Positions 1-11,345 of a stretch of 64,000 bases of DNA are shown here, piece by piece; positions within the stretch are counted from its first letter, which is position 1; each line of letters begins with the position of its first letter. Location: NCBI GenBank assembly GCA_038087875.1, contig CM075991.1, positions 11,286,001-11,350,000 of the forward strand. Reading direction: 5' to 3'. The notes beneath the pieces are model-generated. The model was not told the DNA's origin. It ran no database searches and saw nothing but the letters and a program-made list of their open reading frames with translations. This stretch comes from Malacoraja senta (lineage: Eukaryota). The position numbers and the translations under genes were made by a program.

Positions 1-137
1 CCATTTGGTACCTTCACCGGGAGAAAATTAAACGTAATGCACTGGGAAAATTCTCCTGGCACCACAATATTAAGATTTCGATTTTTAGCCGGTCTTGGCT
101 AGATGCGGATGCGCTGGATGAAATATAACAGCTGGGA

Positions 138-286
138 AGAAACTGCAGATAGACACGAAAAGCTGGAGTACCTCAGCGGGACAGGCAGCATCTTTGGAGA
201 GAAAGGCCTCGACCCCAAAACGTTACCCATTCCTTCTCTCCAGAAATGCTGCCTGTCCCGCTGAGGTACTCCAGCGTTTTGTGTCT
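138..286. mobile_element. Penelope-like terminal repeat, inverted pair
   Basis: gctggagtacctcagcgggacaggcagcat followed by its reverse complement, with a degenerate gaccc-caaaacgtt motif between them. Confidence 0.7.
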
Positions 287-533
287 GCATCTGGGCGAGG
301 TGCACATTAAATAACACGTAGTGATCAACTCTGCTCAGTGTGAGGGCTGACTTACAGTGTCTGATGGGGCGCTGATTGTCCTGCACCAGGTGCTTGTCGA
401 GTCCCATTGTTTGTAGTGATTTCTGCAACATTCTCTGTCGCTGCTCCCTCTCTGTGATTCCTCCTGCTCTCCGACTCCACGCGTCTTGTTGAGTCTCATT
501 GTCTATACTCGTTCTCACCGAGCAAACAGCTAA

Positions 534-1073
534 AGGCTCTGTCTTACGTGTTTGCGGTCATCGGCGGTGAAGCGCGGCTTCGCCTGTAGAGTGGACCGCA
601 CGGCAACGGCGAGAGCGCCGAGCCTATCCACGGGAGCGCCACACGGATGCTGCGCGGGGGCCGAGTGATTCAAATACGGCTGGTCCCACGTGCTTGCAGT
701 AAGTAAAAAAAAGGGCGGGCCGACTGCGATGACGTCGGCACGCCGCACGTGACTCACCAGCGGCGGCTGTGGCGGCGGCCGTGCCGCACACGTGCCTCAC
801 TGGCGGAGGCTGTGGCAGTGCAAGTTTGACGAACGGCGCTCGAGCCACACTGGCGGCAGCCCGTGCGGGCGGCCGTGCCCCACTCGTGCATCACTGGTGG
901 AGGCTGTGCGGTAGGAAAATATTTTTCAACAGTGTAGGTTTTATTTTAGCACCGTGCGGTGTTGGGAGCACCGCCGCACGGCTCCGGAATTGTGCGTTCT
1001 CACGAGTGCGCGGTCTATGGCGGCAGATTCTTCCCGTTTCGCCGCCAATGACCGCACTCGTGAGACAGGCCTT
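534..1073. mobile_element. PIF/Harbinger-type MITE, CpG-rich
   Basis: Imperfect TIRs aggctctgtcttacg...cgtgagacaggcctt with TAA on both sides (531-533, 1074-1076). Confidence 0.7.
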
Positions 1074-1574
1074 TAACAATGGCTTGTTTCTTTAACATTG
1101 TTACTTTTTGCATTTCTTTCATTCATTCCAAGTCACAGAGTGATACAGTGTGGAAACAGGTCCTTCGGTCCAACGCCCACACTGTCCAACATGTCCAGCT
1201 ATACTGGTCCCACCTGCCCACGTTTAGTCCATATCCCTCCAAACCAGTCCTATCCATGTACCTGTAACTATTTCTTAAATGATGGGATAGTCCCTGCCTC
1301 AACTACCTCCTCTGGCTGCTTGACCCAAATGTCACCTATCCACGTCCTCCAGAGATGCTGCCTGTCCCGCTGAGTTACTCCAGCATTTTGTGTTTATATT
1401 TGGAAATCTCAATGGTTTAGCATTTGGGTTCCAGGCCCAAGCTTCCTGTGCTCCCTATAAACTCCCAGCTGCTGTTTTCCATGCTCCTTTTAAACACACC
1501 AGAGACCCACTTCTGACGAACCCTCCTCAACACTAGCAGGCTCTGGGTACAAAAACACAAGGCTGCCTTCAGCA

Positions 1575-1820
1575 TCAAATGTAGAAGGCATTTTATCGGG
1601 ATGCGTCGCAGCTTGGTTTGGGAACAGCTTCAACCAGGACCACAAGAAATTGCAGAGAATTGTGGACGCAGCCCAGAACATCACACAAACCAACCTCCCC
1701 CTTCCATTGACTCCATTTATACCTGATGCTGCCCTGACGTCCACCAGTATAATCAAGGACAAGTCGCACCCTCTTCTCCCCTCTCCCATCTGGCAAAAGG
1801 TATAGAAGTGTGAAAATGCA
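1575..1820 (+). mobile_element. Rex-Babar-type LINE 3' fragment
   Basis: Degenerate copy of the SILSGC..AW.G / LPSIDSIY / IIKD.SHP / SPLPSGKRYRSVK segment seen in other copies. Confidence 0.7.
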
Positions 1821-2250
1821 CTGGGATCTTTGGTGTAAACCAGCATCTGCAGTTCCTTCCTACAGATTTCAAAATAATCAGATATCAGATTATTGCAGCT
1901 TTGGGTTACAAATTCCACTTGCTGTAGATCACAGCGAGCCTTGAGACTGCCTTCTGTAAATGAATCTAATCTCTGTAAATTGGATACTATGATGAGATCC
2001 CTACCATACCCAGTCCCATTGCCAATACCTTGGCTGACAAAACCACACTCTCAACTCAAATGGCCTTCTTAAACATTGGGACGTTGCCAGCATACAATTG
2101 GTTCTAAGAAGTGTGCCAGCATTTGAGAGGGTTTTTTTTGAGAATGAGAAAACCACTGAGATTTCTCTTGCGAGGATGTTAGGAGATGTTTCGCACTGTA
2201 TATTTACTGGGGGGGAGGGGCTGTAAGGATGTTTAGTTTACTTTAGAGAT

Positions 2251-2969
2251 CCGGGTCCAATTCTGGGTAAATATTTTTAGTATAATATCTAAAGTGACCA
2301 GCACACAATTGGACCCGGATCCAAAATTAATAATACTCGGAACATTAGAATTAAATCAAACATTTACAACAACAAAAAGAAACGTTATTGATTATAGTAT
2401 AATAACGGGAAAAAAATTAATTCTAAAATTTTGGAAAGGCCCTATAACCCCCACAATCAAAATGTGGATTATAGAAATGACGGAGACCTTAAACGTGGAA
2501 AGAATCAGATTTTCCCTGTTGGACAAACAGGAATTATTCGTTGGAACATGGTCTCCCTTTATTGATTATTTAAAGGGTCAGAATGGTTCAGCACAGGAAC
2601 CTGACTAACACTCGGGCTAAAGAATGGATGAAATGCTATACTCTGAAATGTACGAATATATCTCGAATGAAGTTTTTTATTTTAATACATTTTTCCATTC
2701 TTCTTTAACTATCTTTTTCTTTTCTGTTTTTTTTTTCTTCTTTTTTTTTCTTTCTTTTTCTCTCTTTTCTTCTCTCTCTTTTCTTTCTTTACTTCATCTA
2801 TCTTTTTAGTTCTGTCTAGTTTAAAAAAAAAAAAAAAAAAAGGGAAAAGGTATTGGAGACAATGTAATAATAATTGACAATATTATCAATTCAAAAATGT
2901 AAGACTGTAATGATGTTAATAGGTTGTGTACTTATCTCCAATAAAAAATATTTTCAAAAAAAAAAAAAA
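2251..2969 (+). mobile_element. 5'-truncated L1 (ORF2 C-terminus, 3' UTR, poly-A)
   Basis: GKKLILKFWK...WSPFI motif, T-rich UTR, AATAAA and A-tail. 15-bp TSD gtttactttagagat at 2236-2250 and 2970-2984. Confidence 0.9.
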
Positions 2970-3230
2970 GTTTACTTTAGAGATACGGCACAGAAACAGG
3001 CCCTTCGGCCCACCGAATCCGTACCAACCAGCGAACCCCGCACATTAACACTAACCGATACACAATAGGGACAATTTTATTTATACATTTATACCAAGCC
3101 TATTAACCTACAAACCTGTACGCAGGTCATGGGGAGAACGTACAAACTCCGTACAGACAAGCACCCGTAGACTGGATCGAACCCGGGTCTCTGATGCTGT
3201 AAGGCAGCAACTCTACCACTGTGCCACCCA
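2970..3230 (-). mobile_element. HE1-like tRNA/V-domain SINE
   Basis: Reverse complement has an A-box/B-box tRNA head (ggtggcacagtggtagag...gggttcgatcc), V-domain gtttgtacgttctccc and a CR1-like tail. Confidence 0.85.
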
Positions 3231-3429
3231 TGTTCTAACATTTAAGAACTTCCTGGATTTATCAAAGAATTCGGGATTCTGTCAGAATTTGCATAATTGA
3301 TGGAATGTTTTATTGTATAAAAGAGGTTTTAAGAGTATATCACATTTAACTTTATTTTTCGATTGGTCAACAATTTTTACACTGTCGACAAGCTGGCAGT
3401 ATGTTTGACAAAGTTACCGTAAGACGATA

Positions 3430-3745
3430 AGACATAGGAGGAGAATTAGGCCATTCGGCCCATCGAGTCTGATCCACAATTTGATCATGGCTGTTTTATT
3501 TTCCACTCTCAGCCCCATTCTCCTGTCTTCTCCCCGTAAACGTTGACACCTTTACTAATCAAGAACCTATCAATCTCCGCTTTAAAAATACCCAATGTCT
3601 TGGCCTCCAGTGCTGTCTCTGGTGATCAAATCCACAGATTCACCATCCTCTGGCTAAATAAATTCCTCCTCATCTTTCTAAAGGTAGGTCCTTTTATTCT
3701 GAGGCTGTGCCCTCTGGCCCTAGACTCTCCCACTGCTGGAAACCA
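3430..3745 (-). mobile_element. CR1 LINE 3' fragment
   Basis: Reverse complement of the CR1 ORF2 end (RMVNLW) and the 3' tail gatgggccgaatggcctaattct. Confidence 0.8.
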
Positions 3746-3796
3746 CTGCTCAATTTTTCCACTTGTGGTTTTATCAGAGAATAATTTTTACCTTCA

Positions 3797-4205
3797 AGAG
3801 TTTAGAAGGATGAGAGGAGATCTTATAGAAACATATAAAATTATAAAAGGAATGGACAAGCTAGATGCAGGAAAAATGTTCCCAATGTTGGGTGAATCCA
3901 GAAACAGGGGCCACAGTCTTAGAATAAAGGGGAGGCCATTTAAGGCTGAGGTGAGAAAAAACGTTTTCACCCAAAGAGTTGTGAATTTGTGGAATTCCCT
4001 GCCACAGAGGGCAGTGGAGGCCAAGTCACTGGATGGATTTAAGAGAGAGTTAGATAGAGCTCTAGGGGCTAGTGGACTCAAGGGATATGGGGAGAAGGCA
4101 GGCACGGGTTATTGATTGGGGACGATCAGCCATGATCGCAATGAATGGCGGTGCTGGCTCGAAGGGCCGAATGGCCTCCTCCTGCACCTATTTTCTTTGT
4201 TTCTA
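3797..4205 (+). mobile_element. CR1 LINE 3' fragment
   Basis: EFRRMRGDLIETYKII...FTQRVVNLWNSLP...FKRELD followed by the CR1 tail. Confidence 0.9.
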
Positions 4206-4314
4206 TATATAAGATCCAGAATGCTTATAACACACGTGGAGACGAATATTTTACATGTGCGAAGGATTTCTGATGGTAGCTAATGCCGTGGTAAGACAAC
4301 ATAACATTGAGTAA

Positions 4315-4412
4315 GGTAGACAAAAAGTGCTGGAGAAACTCAGCGGGTGCAGCAGCATCTATGGAGCGAAGGAAATAGACAACGTTTTGGGCCAAAACCC
4401 TTCTTCAGACTG
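4315..4412 (-). mobile_element. Penelope-like terminal fragment with hammerhead-like motif
   Basis: 11-bp TSD acattgagtaa at 4304-4314 and 4413-4423; ctgaaga...aaaacgtt on the minus strand. Confidence 0.8.
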
Positions 4413-5274
4413 ACATTGAGTAACACGCTCAATATCACTGAATGAATCATATTACGTACTACCTTAAAAGGAACACAAACAGGTTTGTTGAAACATCAAT
4501 GACAATGCAGATGCTGGAAATCTAAAGAAGAACAGAAAATACTGGAGATACTTAACAGGTCAGGTCACATCTGTGGGAAGAGAAACAACTTTTGGTTCTG
4601 TTCCCACTCATGAAGCCTGGTCTTCAGAGGGTTTCCAGCATTTCCATTTTGATGTTACAAAGGACTTATTCAATGACTAACAGTTCTGTCTCAATCATGC
4701 TCTGTAGTCATTAATTATGTCTGAAGACTGAATTGAAAGGGTCCATTTTGGAGCAAAGGTAATTCAAAATTAATTAAATGGAAAACAAATTGCTCATGAG
4801 TACGTATACAGTATCAACTCTTCAATTTATTCATACATTCCCTGCTAACTTATTCAAAAAAATGTTTCTAATTGTTTGATTTACTCACAATTGTACTTTA
4901 ACCTAGTTGATAAGTACACTGGCATATTCATTGCTCTGTGAAATTATTAGTGTGGAACCTAATTAATTCCAGCAGACAATGAACATGTCGAAGTTATTGT
5001 TCACAGCAGTTTGCAGGATTAAGTTTGCCTTGTATTTCTGCCGAGTGAATGTGAACTATCTGTTTTACAGCTGGATAAAAAAAGATCAGACTTTGAATAG
5101 CAAACCAGCAGCCGAATCTGTGATCCTGGAGAAGATTTGGATGCGATTTACATAAGCAACGCATGGTTACTAAACATACTGCAGCTGATGAATTCCATGC
5201 AAGTAGTCTCACTTTGGTACATATGAAAATTAAACATTCTTGACTCTTGAGAGGACCTGTGTGGTTGGCATAAC

Positions 5275-6322
5275 TTTACGAGGATGTTGCCAGGACTAGA
5301 GGGTCTGCTGCAGTTGTACAGGGTCTTGGTGAGACCACACCTGGAGTATTGCGTACAGTTTTGGTCTCCAAATCTGAGGAAGGACATTATAGCCATAGAG
5401 GGAGTGCAGAGAAGGTTCACCAGACTGATTCCTGGGATGTCAGGACTTTCATATGAAGAAAGACTGGATAGACTTGGCTTATACTCGCTAGAATTTAGGA
5501 GATTGAGAGGGGATCTTATAGAAACGTACAAAATTCTTATGGGGTTGGACAGGCTAGATGCAGGAAGATTGTTCCCGATGTTGGGGAAGTCCAGGACAAG
5601 GGGTCACAGCTTAAGGATAAGGGGGAAATCCTTTAAGACCGAGATGAGGAAAAACTTTTTCACACAGAGAGTGGTGAATCTCTGGAACTCTCTGCCACAG
5701 AGGGTAGTTGAGGCCAGTTCATTGGCTATATTTAAGAGGGAGTTAGATGTGGCCCTTGTGGCTAAGGGGCTCAGGGGGTATGGAGAGAAGGCAGGTACGG
5801 GATACTGAGTTCGATGATCAGCCATGATCATATTGCATGGCGGTGCAGGCTTGAAGGGCCGAATGGCCTACTCCTGCACCTATTTTCTATGTATCTATGT
5901 ATCTATGAGCTGTGTGGAGAGGTTGAGTAGGCTGGGTCGCTATTCCTTGGAGTGTAGGAGGATGAGGGGTGATCTTATAGAGGTGTATAAAATCTTGAGA
6001 TGAATAGATTGGGTGGATGCCCAGAGTCTCTTGCCCAGAGTAGGGAAATTGAGGACCAGAGGACATGGGTTTAAGGTGAAGGGGAAAAGATATAATAGGA
6101 ATCCGACGGGTAACTTTTTCGCCCACCCACCAGGGTGGTGACTGTATGGAACAAGCTGCCAGAGGAGGTAGTTGAGGCTGAGACTATCCCAACTTTTAAG
6201 AAACAGTTACACGGACAGGTTTGGAGGGAAATAGACTAAATGCAGGCAGGCAGGACTAGTGTAGCTGGGACATGTTGGCCAGTGTGGCAAGTTGGGCCAA
6301 AGGGCCTGTTTCCATGCTGTAT
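5275..6322 (+). mobile_element. Young CR1 (about 5307-5906) nested in an older CR1
   Basis: Intact LVRPHLEYCVQFWSP...LWNSLP ORF with a (tcta/tgta)n tail interrupts an older copy at gagggtctg|agct. Confidence 0.88.
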
Positions 6323-7254
6323 CATAGAGTGATAGACTCACTGAATATGGACACTTCTTGCTTGTTTTAGTGCCAGCCAGTTCTGGCATTTAGGTAGGGT
6401 GTTCATTTGGCTGTGCCACCTTTCCCCTGAGTAAAACTCCCTAAATTCTGCCAACAGTGGCATAACATGAACAGTTCACCTGCAGTGAGATTTGGTCCAA
6501 TACATTTTGGTATTTGTCTACTCTCTGAACCCTCTTTCTCTTGAAATGGTGCCATTTAAAGGGCCATAACACATATTGGATTCATGACCTTCAGTGAGGG
6601 CTGTGACTCCGACACTTTAATATTCAGCCTTGCAACTGTTGGCCATGGTCAAGCCCTGTCTTCGCTCCAGGGGAATATTCCCGGCAGCTGGTCTCTGCCA
6701 CACCTCACTTGATTTTCAGCTGCTTCTGCTACGTTGGAGAGATCGCTCAAACTTCAGATGGACACAAAAAGCTGGAGTAACTCAGCAGGTCAGACAGCTA
6801 GCAGCCTAGTCGAAGAAGGGTCTCGACTTCTTCAGTCCCGGCTTATTGATCCAGAGGCAAAAGTTTGTTTTGAACCATGTCAGGAGGGTTACCCCTGAGG
6901 AGGGAATTAAAATTAGCCATGGTGGTGGATCTGGTAACATACTGGCCCGTTAGCGTAAAGAGGGCTGAGTTAGTTCTCTCTAGAACATGAGTAACCCAGA
7001 TATGTTACTGAGTCTTGTCTTTTACATCTGTGTTGTAGTTAATTAAATGTGCATTCATGAACTATTGCAACAGTGGGTTCCAAGATGACATCTTTAGATG
7101 AATAGTCCAGCATGGGAGCTGAAGTAACTCAGCCGGTCATGTTGCATTTCTGGAGAACATGGATAGGTGACTTTTTTAAGTCGAGACAATTCTTCAGGCT
7201 GTTTATGGGTGGGGGGGTGCGCGGGGGGGTGGAGAATAAAGCTGGAAAAGGGAA

Positions 7255-7688
7255 ACCTCCATTCCATTGACTCCATCTACACCTCACGCTGCCTCTGCAA
7301 GGCCAGCAGCATAATCAAGGACCAGTCTCACCCCGGCCACTCCCTCTTCTCCCCTCTCCCATCGGGCAAAAGGTATAGAAGTGTGAAAACGCACACACCC
7401 CCAGATTCAGGGACAGTTTCTTCCCAGCTGTTATCAGGCAACTGAATCATCCTACCCCACAACCAGAGAGCAGTCCTGAACTACTTTCTACCTCATTGGT
7501 GACCCTCGGACTATCCTTGATCGGACTTTACTGGCTTTACCTTGCACTAAACGTTATTCCCTTATCATGTATCTATGCGCTATGAATGGCTCGATTGTAA
7601 TCATGTATTGTCTTTCTGCTGACTGGGTAGCACGCAACAAAAGCTTTCCACTGTACCTCGGTACACGTGCCAATAAACTAAACTGGAC
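7255..7688 (+). mobile_element. Rex-Babar-type LINE 3' end
   Basis: SIDSIYTSRCL..ASSIIKDQSHPGHSLFSPLPSGKRYRSVKT, then a 3' UTR ending aataaactaaact. Confidence 0.85.
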
Positions 7689-8032
7689 ATGACAAAGTGT
7701 GGCAGGTGGAGGATTGACTTATCTGAGGAGTAGGGTGAGGGTTTTTGATGTGTCTTGGAACAAAGACCAGAGATAAGAACAGAAGGAATGAGACAGGTTT
7801 TTGAAGAGTTTGAACAGCCACTATTCAATCGTCTCGTTCTTTCTGCAAATCCAGAGAATGCCTTCAGACTTCATCCAGTCTGCATGGCAACGAGGTTGGC
7901 CCCAGGACAGGGGGGCGTGGGCTTGCCGACACCTACTAGGGCAAGGCAGAAGTTCAACAGGGGGAAGGAACACTAATACCTGTGGTAGTGAAGCAAGAGT
8001 CTCACGCTATACATCCATCTGCCTGTCTTGAG

Positions 8033-8148
8033 CCTGAAGAAGGGTCTCAACCCGAAACGTCACCCATTCCTTCTCTCCAGAGATGCTGCCTGTCCCGCTG
8101 AGTTACTTCAGCAATTAAACCAGCATCTGCAGTTCTTTCCAACACACA
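8033..8148 (+). mobile_element. Short Penelope-like terminal element with hammerhead-like motif
   Basis: ctgaagaagggtctcaacccgaaacgtc at 8034; 13-bp TSD tgcctgtcttgag at 8020-8032 and 8149-8161. Confidence 0.85.
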
Positions 8149-8779
8149 TGCCTGTCTTGAGTTCCAGTGTGTGCGCAGGGATGGGAGGTCTCGGAGAGGA
8201 CTCGGAAGAGATTTACCACAATGTTCCTGGGGACAAGTGCTTTAAGTTATTTAACATAGAGAATGTAGAATCATTTTTCTTCCTGGAACAAAAGTTGAGA
8301 TGATATTTGATATCAGTGGATATTGATGTGTGTAGGTGTAAGTGGAAGCAGTTCTATTAATGGATGATTCATGGATGAAGAAATATATATTTATATAATG
8401 GAGGTTAGGAAGGGAAGAATATGAGGAAAAACTATTTATGCAGTGAGTGGTTATGATTTAAACCCTCTGCCTACGACGATGACTTAATTCAGGACTTTCA
8501 AGAGCAAAATAAATGGGGACTTCCAAATTGAAAGCCTCGCTGAAGAAATATTGTATCGGTTGGAAAATCAAATGATCCATTTGCTTCATAGGGCACCGAA
8601 TCCTCCATCAGGCAGTGGCCTGTTTTGAGATGTGCTCTGTCCTTGGACCGAGTAAGAAAGAAGGTATGAAAAGGAAGCTTGTAAATGGGCAGCTGATCTG
8701 CCTGTATCTTATGTAGGCAGGTTCTTGGTGCTTGGTTTCTTGGTCCTCCAAAATGTTCCAAATTGGAATTTAAACTGGA

Positions 8780-9340
8780 GGTGGTGGAGGGAGGACTTAA
8801 GCCAGAAAGGGTTTTTGGGAAGAAAGAGCTACCTTAAATTTAGTTGCATCTGGTTGGGTAACTATGGTGGGGTGGAGATTATTCCATGCTTTAATTGTGT
8901 GGGGGAAGAATGAATTGCTGTACACATCTGTCTTGGTAGCTGGAATCACAAATTGGATCGAATGCCCTCGTCTGCTCCTAGTTGGTTTGGGTTTGGTGTA
9001 GGTCTTGTAATCTATGTCGAGCTGACCATTTAACGTTTTGTAAAAACAGGTCAAATGGTGAGCTTCACGTCTGTCTTGGAGAGGGTTCCACCCCAGAGAA
9101 TTCAGAAGTTTGGTAACACTCGCTTCTCTCTCATAGGTGTTAGTAACAAATCGAGCTGCCTGTCTTTGGACACGTTCGATGGAAGAAATGTTTTTATTTG
9201 TGTATGGGTCCCATGCTGCAACTGCGTAGTCCTAATGAGGTCTAACGAGGGTGAAGTATAGCTTCTCCTTGATGGCCCGGTCTCAGGTGTGTAGTTCCAG
9301 GATTGGACTTCTGTGTCTCCCTGCACCCAGGTATCAATCG
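8780..9340 (-). mobile_element. Divergent CR1-group LINE 3' fragment (invertebrate-like type)
   Basis: WDPYTNKNISSIERVQRQAARFVTNTYEREASVTKLL...YSNSFFPHTIKAWNNL, distinct from the dominant CR1 families in this window. Confidence 0.75.
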
Positions 9341-9344
9341 TGTG

Positions 9345-9618
9345 TAAGACCGAGATGAGGAAAAACTTTTTCACACAGAGAGTGGTGAATCTCTGGAACT
9401 CTCTGCCACAGAATCTAGTTGAGGCCAGTTCATTGGCTATATTTAAGAGGGAGTTAGATGTGGCCCTTGTGGCTAAAGGGATCAGGGGGTATGGAGAAAG
9501 GCAGGTACGGGATACTGAGTTGGATGATCAGCCATGATCATATTGAATGGCGGTGCAGGCTCGAAGGGCCGAATGGCCTACTCCTGCACCTATTTTCTAT
9601 GTATCTATGTATCTATGT
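9345..9618 (+). mobile_element. CR1 3' fragment
   Basis: KTEMRKNFFTQRVVNLWNSLP plus the tail. Confidence 0.9.
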
Positions 9619-9851
9619 GTCGTAAGGTCAGGAATGAAGCAGGGGCAGGGCAACGATTGCCAGAATAGGAAATACATGAGTACTTTATGGGAACAGGACA
9701 GACGATGGGCTGAATGGTCACCCTCTGAGACCGGGCCATCATGAGTTTGGAAGCAGTGGGTGTTCTGTCTTCTCCATGCATCAACTCATGGGAAAAAGTA
9801 AAATCCAAATGGCTTCATTCAATTGAAGAACATGTGGCCAATTAAATAACC

Positions 9852-10145
9852 AGCACGGTGGCGCAGCGGTAGAGTTGCTGCCTTGCAGCGCTTGCAGCGC
9901 CAGAGACCCGGGTTCGATCCCGACTACGGGTGCTGTCTGTACGGAGTTTGCACGTTCTCCCCGTGACCGAGTGCATTTTCTCCGAGATCTTCGGTTTCCT
10001 CCCACACTCCAAAGACGCACAGGTTTGTAGGTTAATTGGTTTGGTATAAGTGTGAATAGTCCCTGGTGTGTGTAGGATAGTGTTAAAGTGGTAGAACCGG
10101 TGGGCCAAAGGGCCTGTTTCCCCGCTGTATCTCTAAACTAAACTA
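9852..10145 (+). mobile_element. HE1-like tRNA/V SINE, near full length
   Basis: tRNA head ggtggcgcagcggtagag...gggttcgatccc, V-domain and tail gggccaaagggcctgtttcc...ctctaaactaaac. Confidence 0.9.
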
Positions 10146-10364
10146 ATCAATTCAAATCCATTGACATTTACAATTTATCTCTCTGAAGAACACTTACTTG
10201 ACCCGATCTAAGTCCAATATGTAGTTCGAAGTGTGGCTCAGCATGGTGGGGCTCAGCTTATCTGGAAATGTGTGAACGTCTTTTAATTTTATCCCTAAAT
10301 CACAGAATGTATTAAAAGTGAGGGAATCATTGAAAGTGATTAACTGAATAACATGTTAACCAAT

Positions 10365-11345
10365 CATCCTTGATTGGACTTTGCTGGCTTTATCTTGCAC
10401 TAAACGTTGTTCCTTTACCATGTATCTATACACTGTGAATGGCCCGATTGTAATCATGTGTTTAAGAAGGAACTGCAGTTGCTGGAAAATCGAAGGTAGA
10501 CAAAAATTCTGGAGAAACTCAGCGGGTGAGGCAGCATCTATGGAGCGAAGGAAATAGGTGATGTTTTGGGTCGAGACCCTTCTTCAGACTGAAGCCCTAG
10601 TGAGACCACACCTGAAGTATTGTGTGCAGTTTTGGTCCCCTAATTTGAGGAAGGACATTCATGCTATTGAGGGAGTGCAGTGTAGGTTTACAAGGTTAAT
10701 TCCCGGGATGGCGGGACTGTCATATGCTGAGAGAATGGAGCAGCTGGGCTTGTACACTCTGGAGTTTAGAAGGATGAGAGGGGATCTCATTGAAACGTAT
10801 AAGATTGTTAAGGGCTTGGACACGCTAGAGGCAGGAAACATGTTCCCGATGTTGGGGGAGTACAGAACCAGGGGCAACAGTTTAAGAATAAGGAGTAAGC
10901 CATTTAGAACGGAGACGAGGAAACACTTTTTTCTCACTGAGAGTGGCGAGTCTGTGGAATTCTCTGCCTCAGAGGGCGGTGGGGGCAGGTTCTCTGGATG
11001 CTTTCAAGAGAGAGTTAGATGGGGCTCTTAAAAACAGTGGAGTCAGGGGATATGGGGAGAAGGCAGGAACGGGGTACTGATTGGGGATGATCAGCCATGA
11101 TCACATTGAATGGCGGTGCTGGCTCGAAGGGCCGAATGGCCTACTCCTGCACCTATTGTCTATTGACCCGAAACGTTGCCAATTTCCTTCACTCCACAGA
11201 TGCTGCCTCACCCGCTGTGTTTCTCCAGCATTTTTGTCTACCTTCGATTGTAATAATGTATTGTCGTTCCGCTGACTGGATAGCACGCGACGAAAGCTGT
11301 TCACTGTACCTCGGTACATGTGACAATAAACTAAACTCAAACTCA
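10365..11345. mobile_element. Nested stack: Rex-Babar tail > inverted Penelope pair > CR1 (about 10593-11165, +)
   Basis: cgattgtaat(c/a)atgt duplicated at 10445-10459 and 11245-11259 around the Penelope arms, with a CR1 ORF2 fragment in the centre. Confidence 0.8.

Noticed and set aside
9852..9930. tRNA gene-like A/B boxes (also at other SINE heads)
   Set aside because: They run into V-domain and LINE-like tails, so they are SINE heads rather than tRNA genes.
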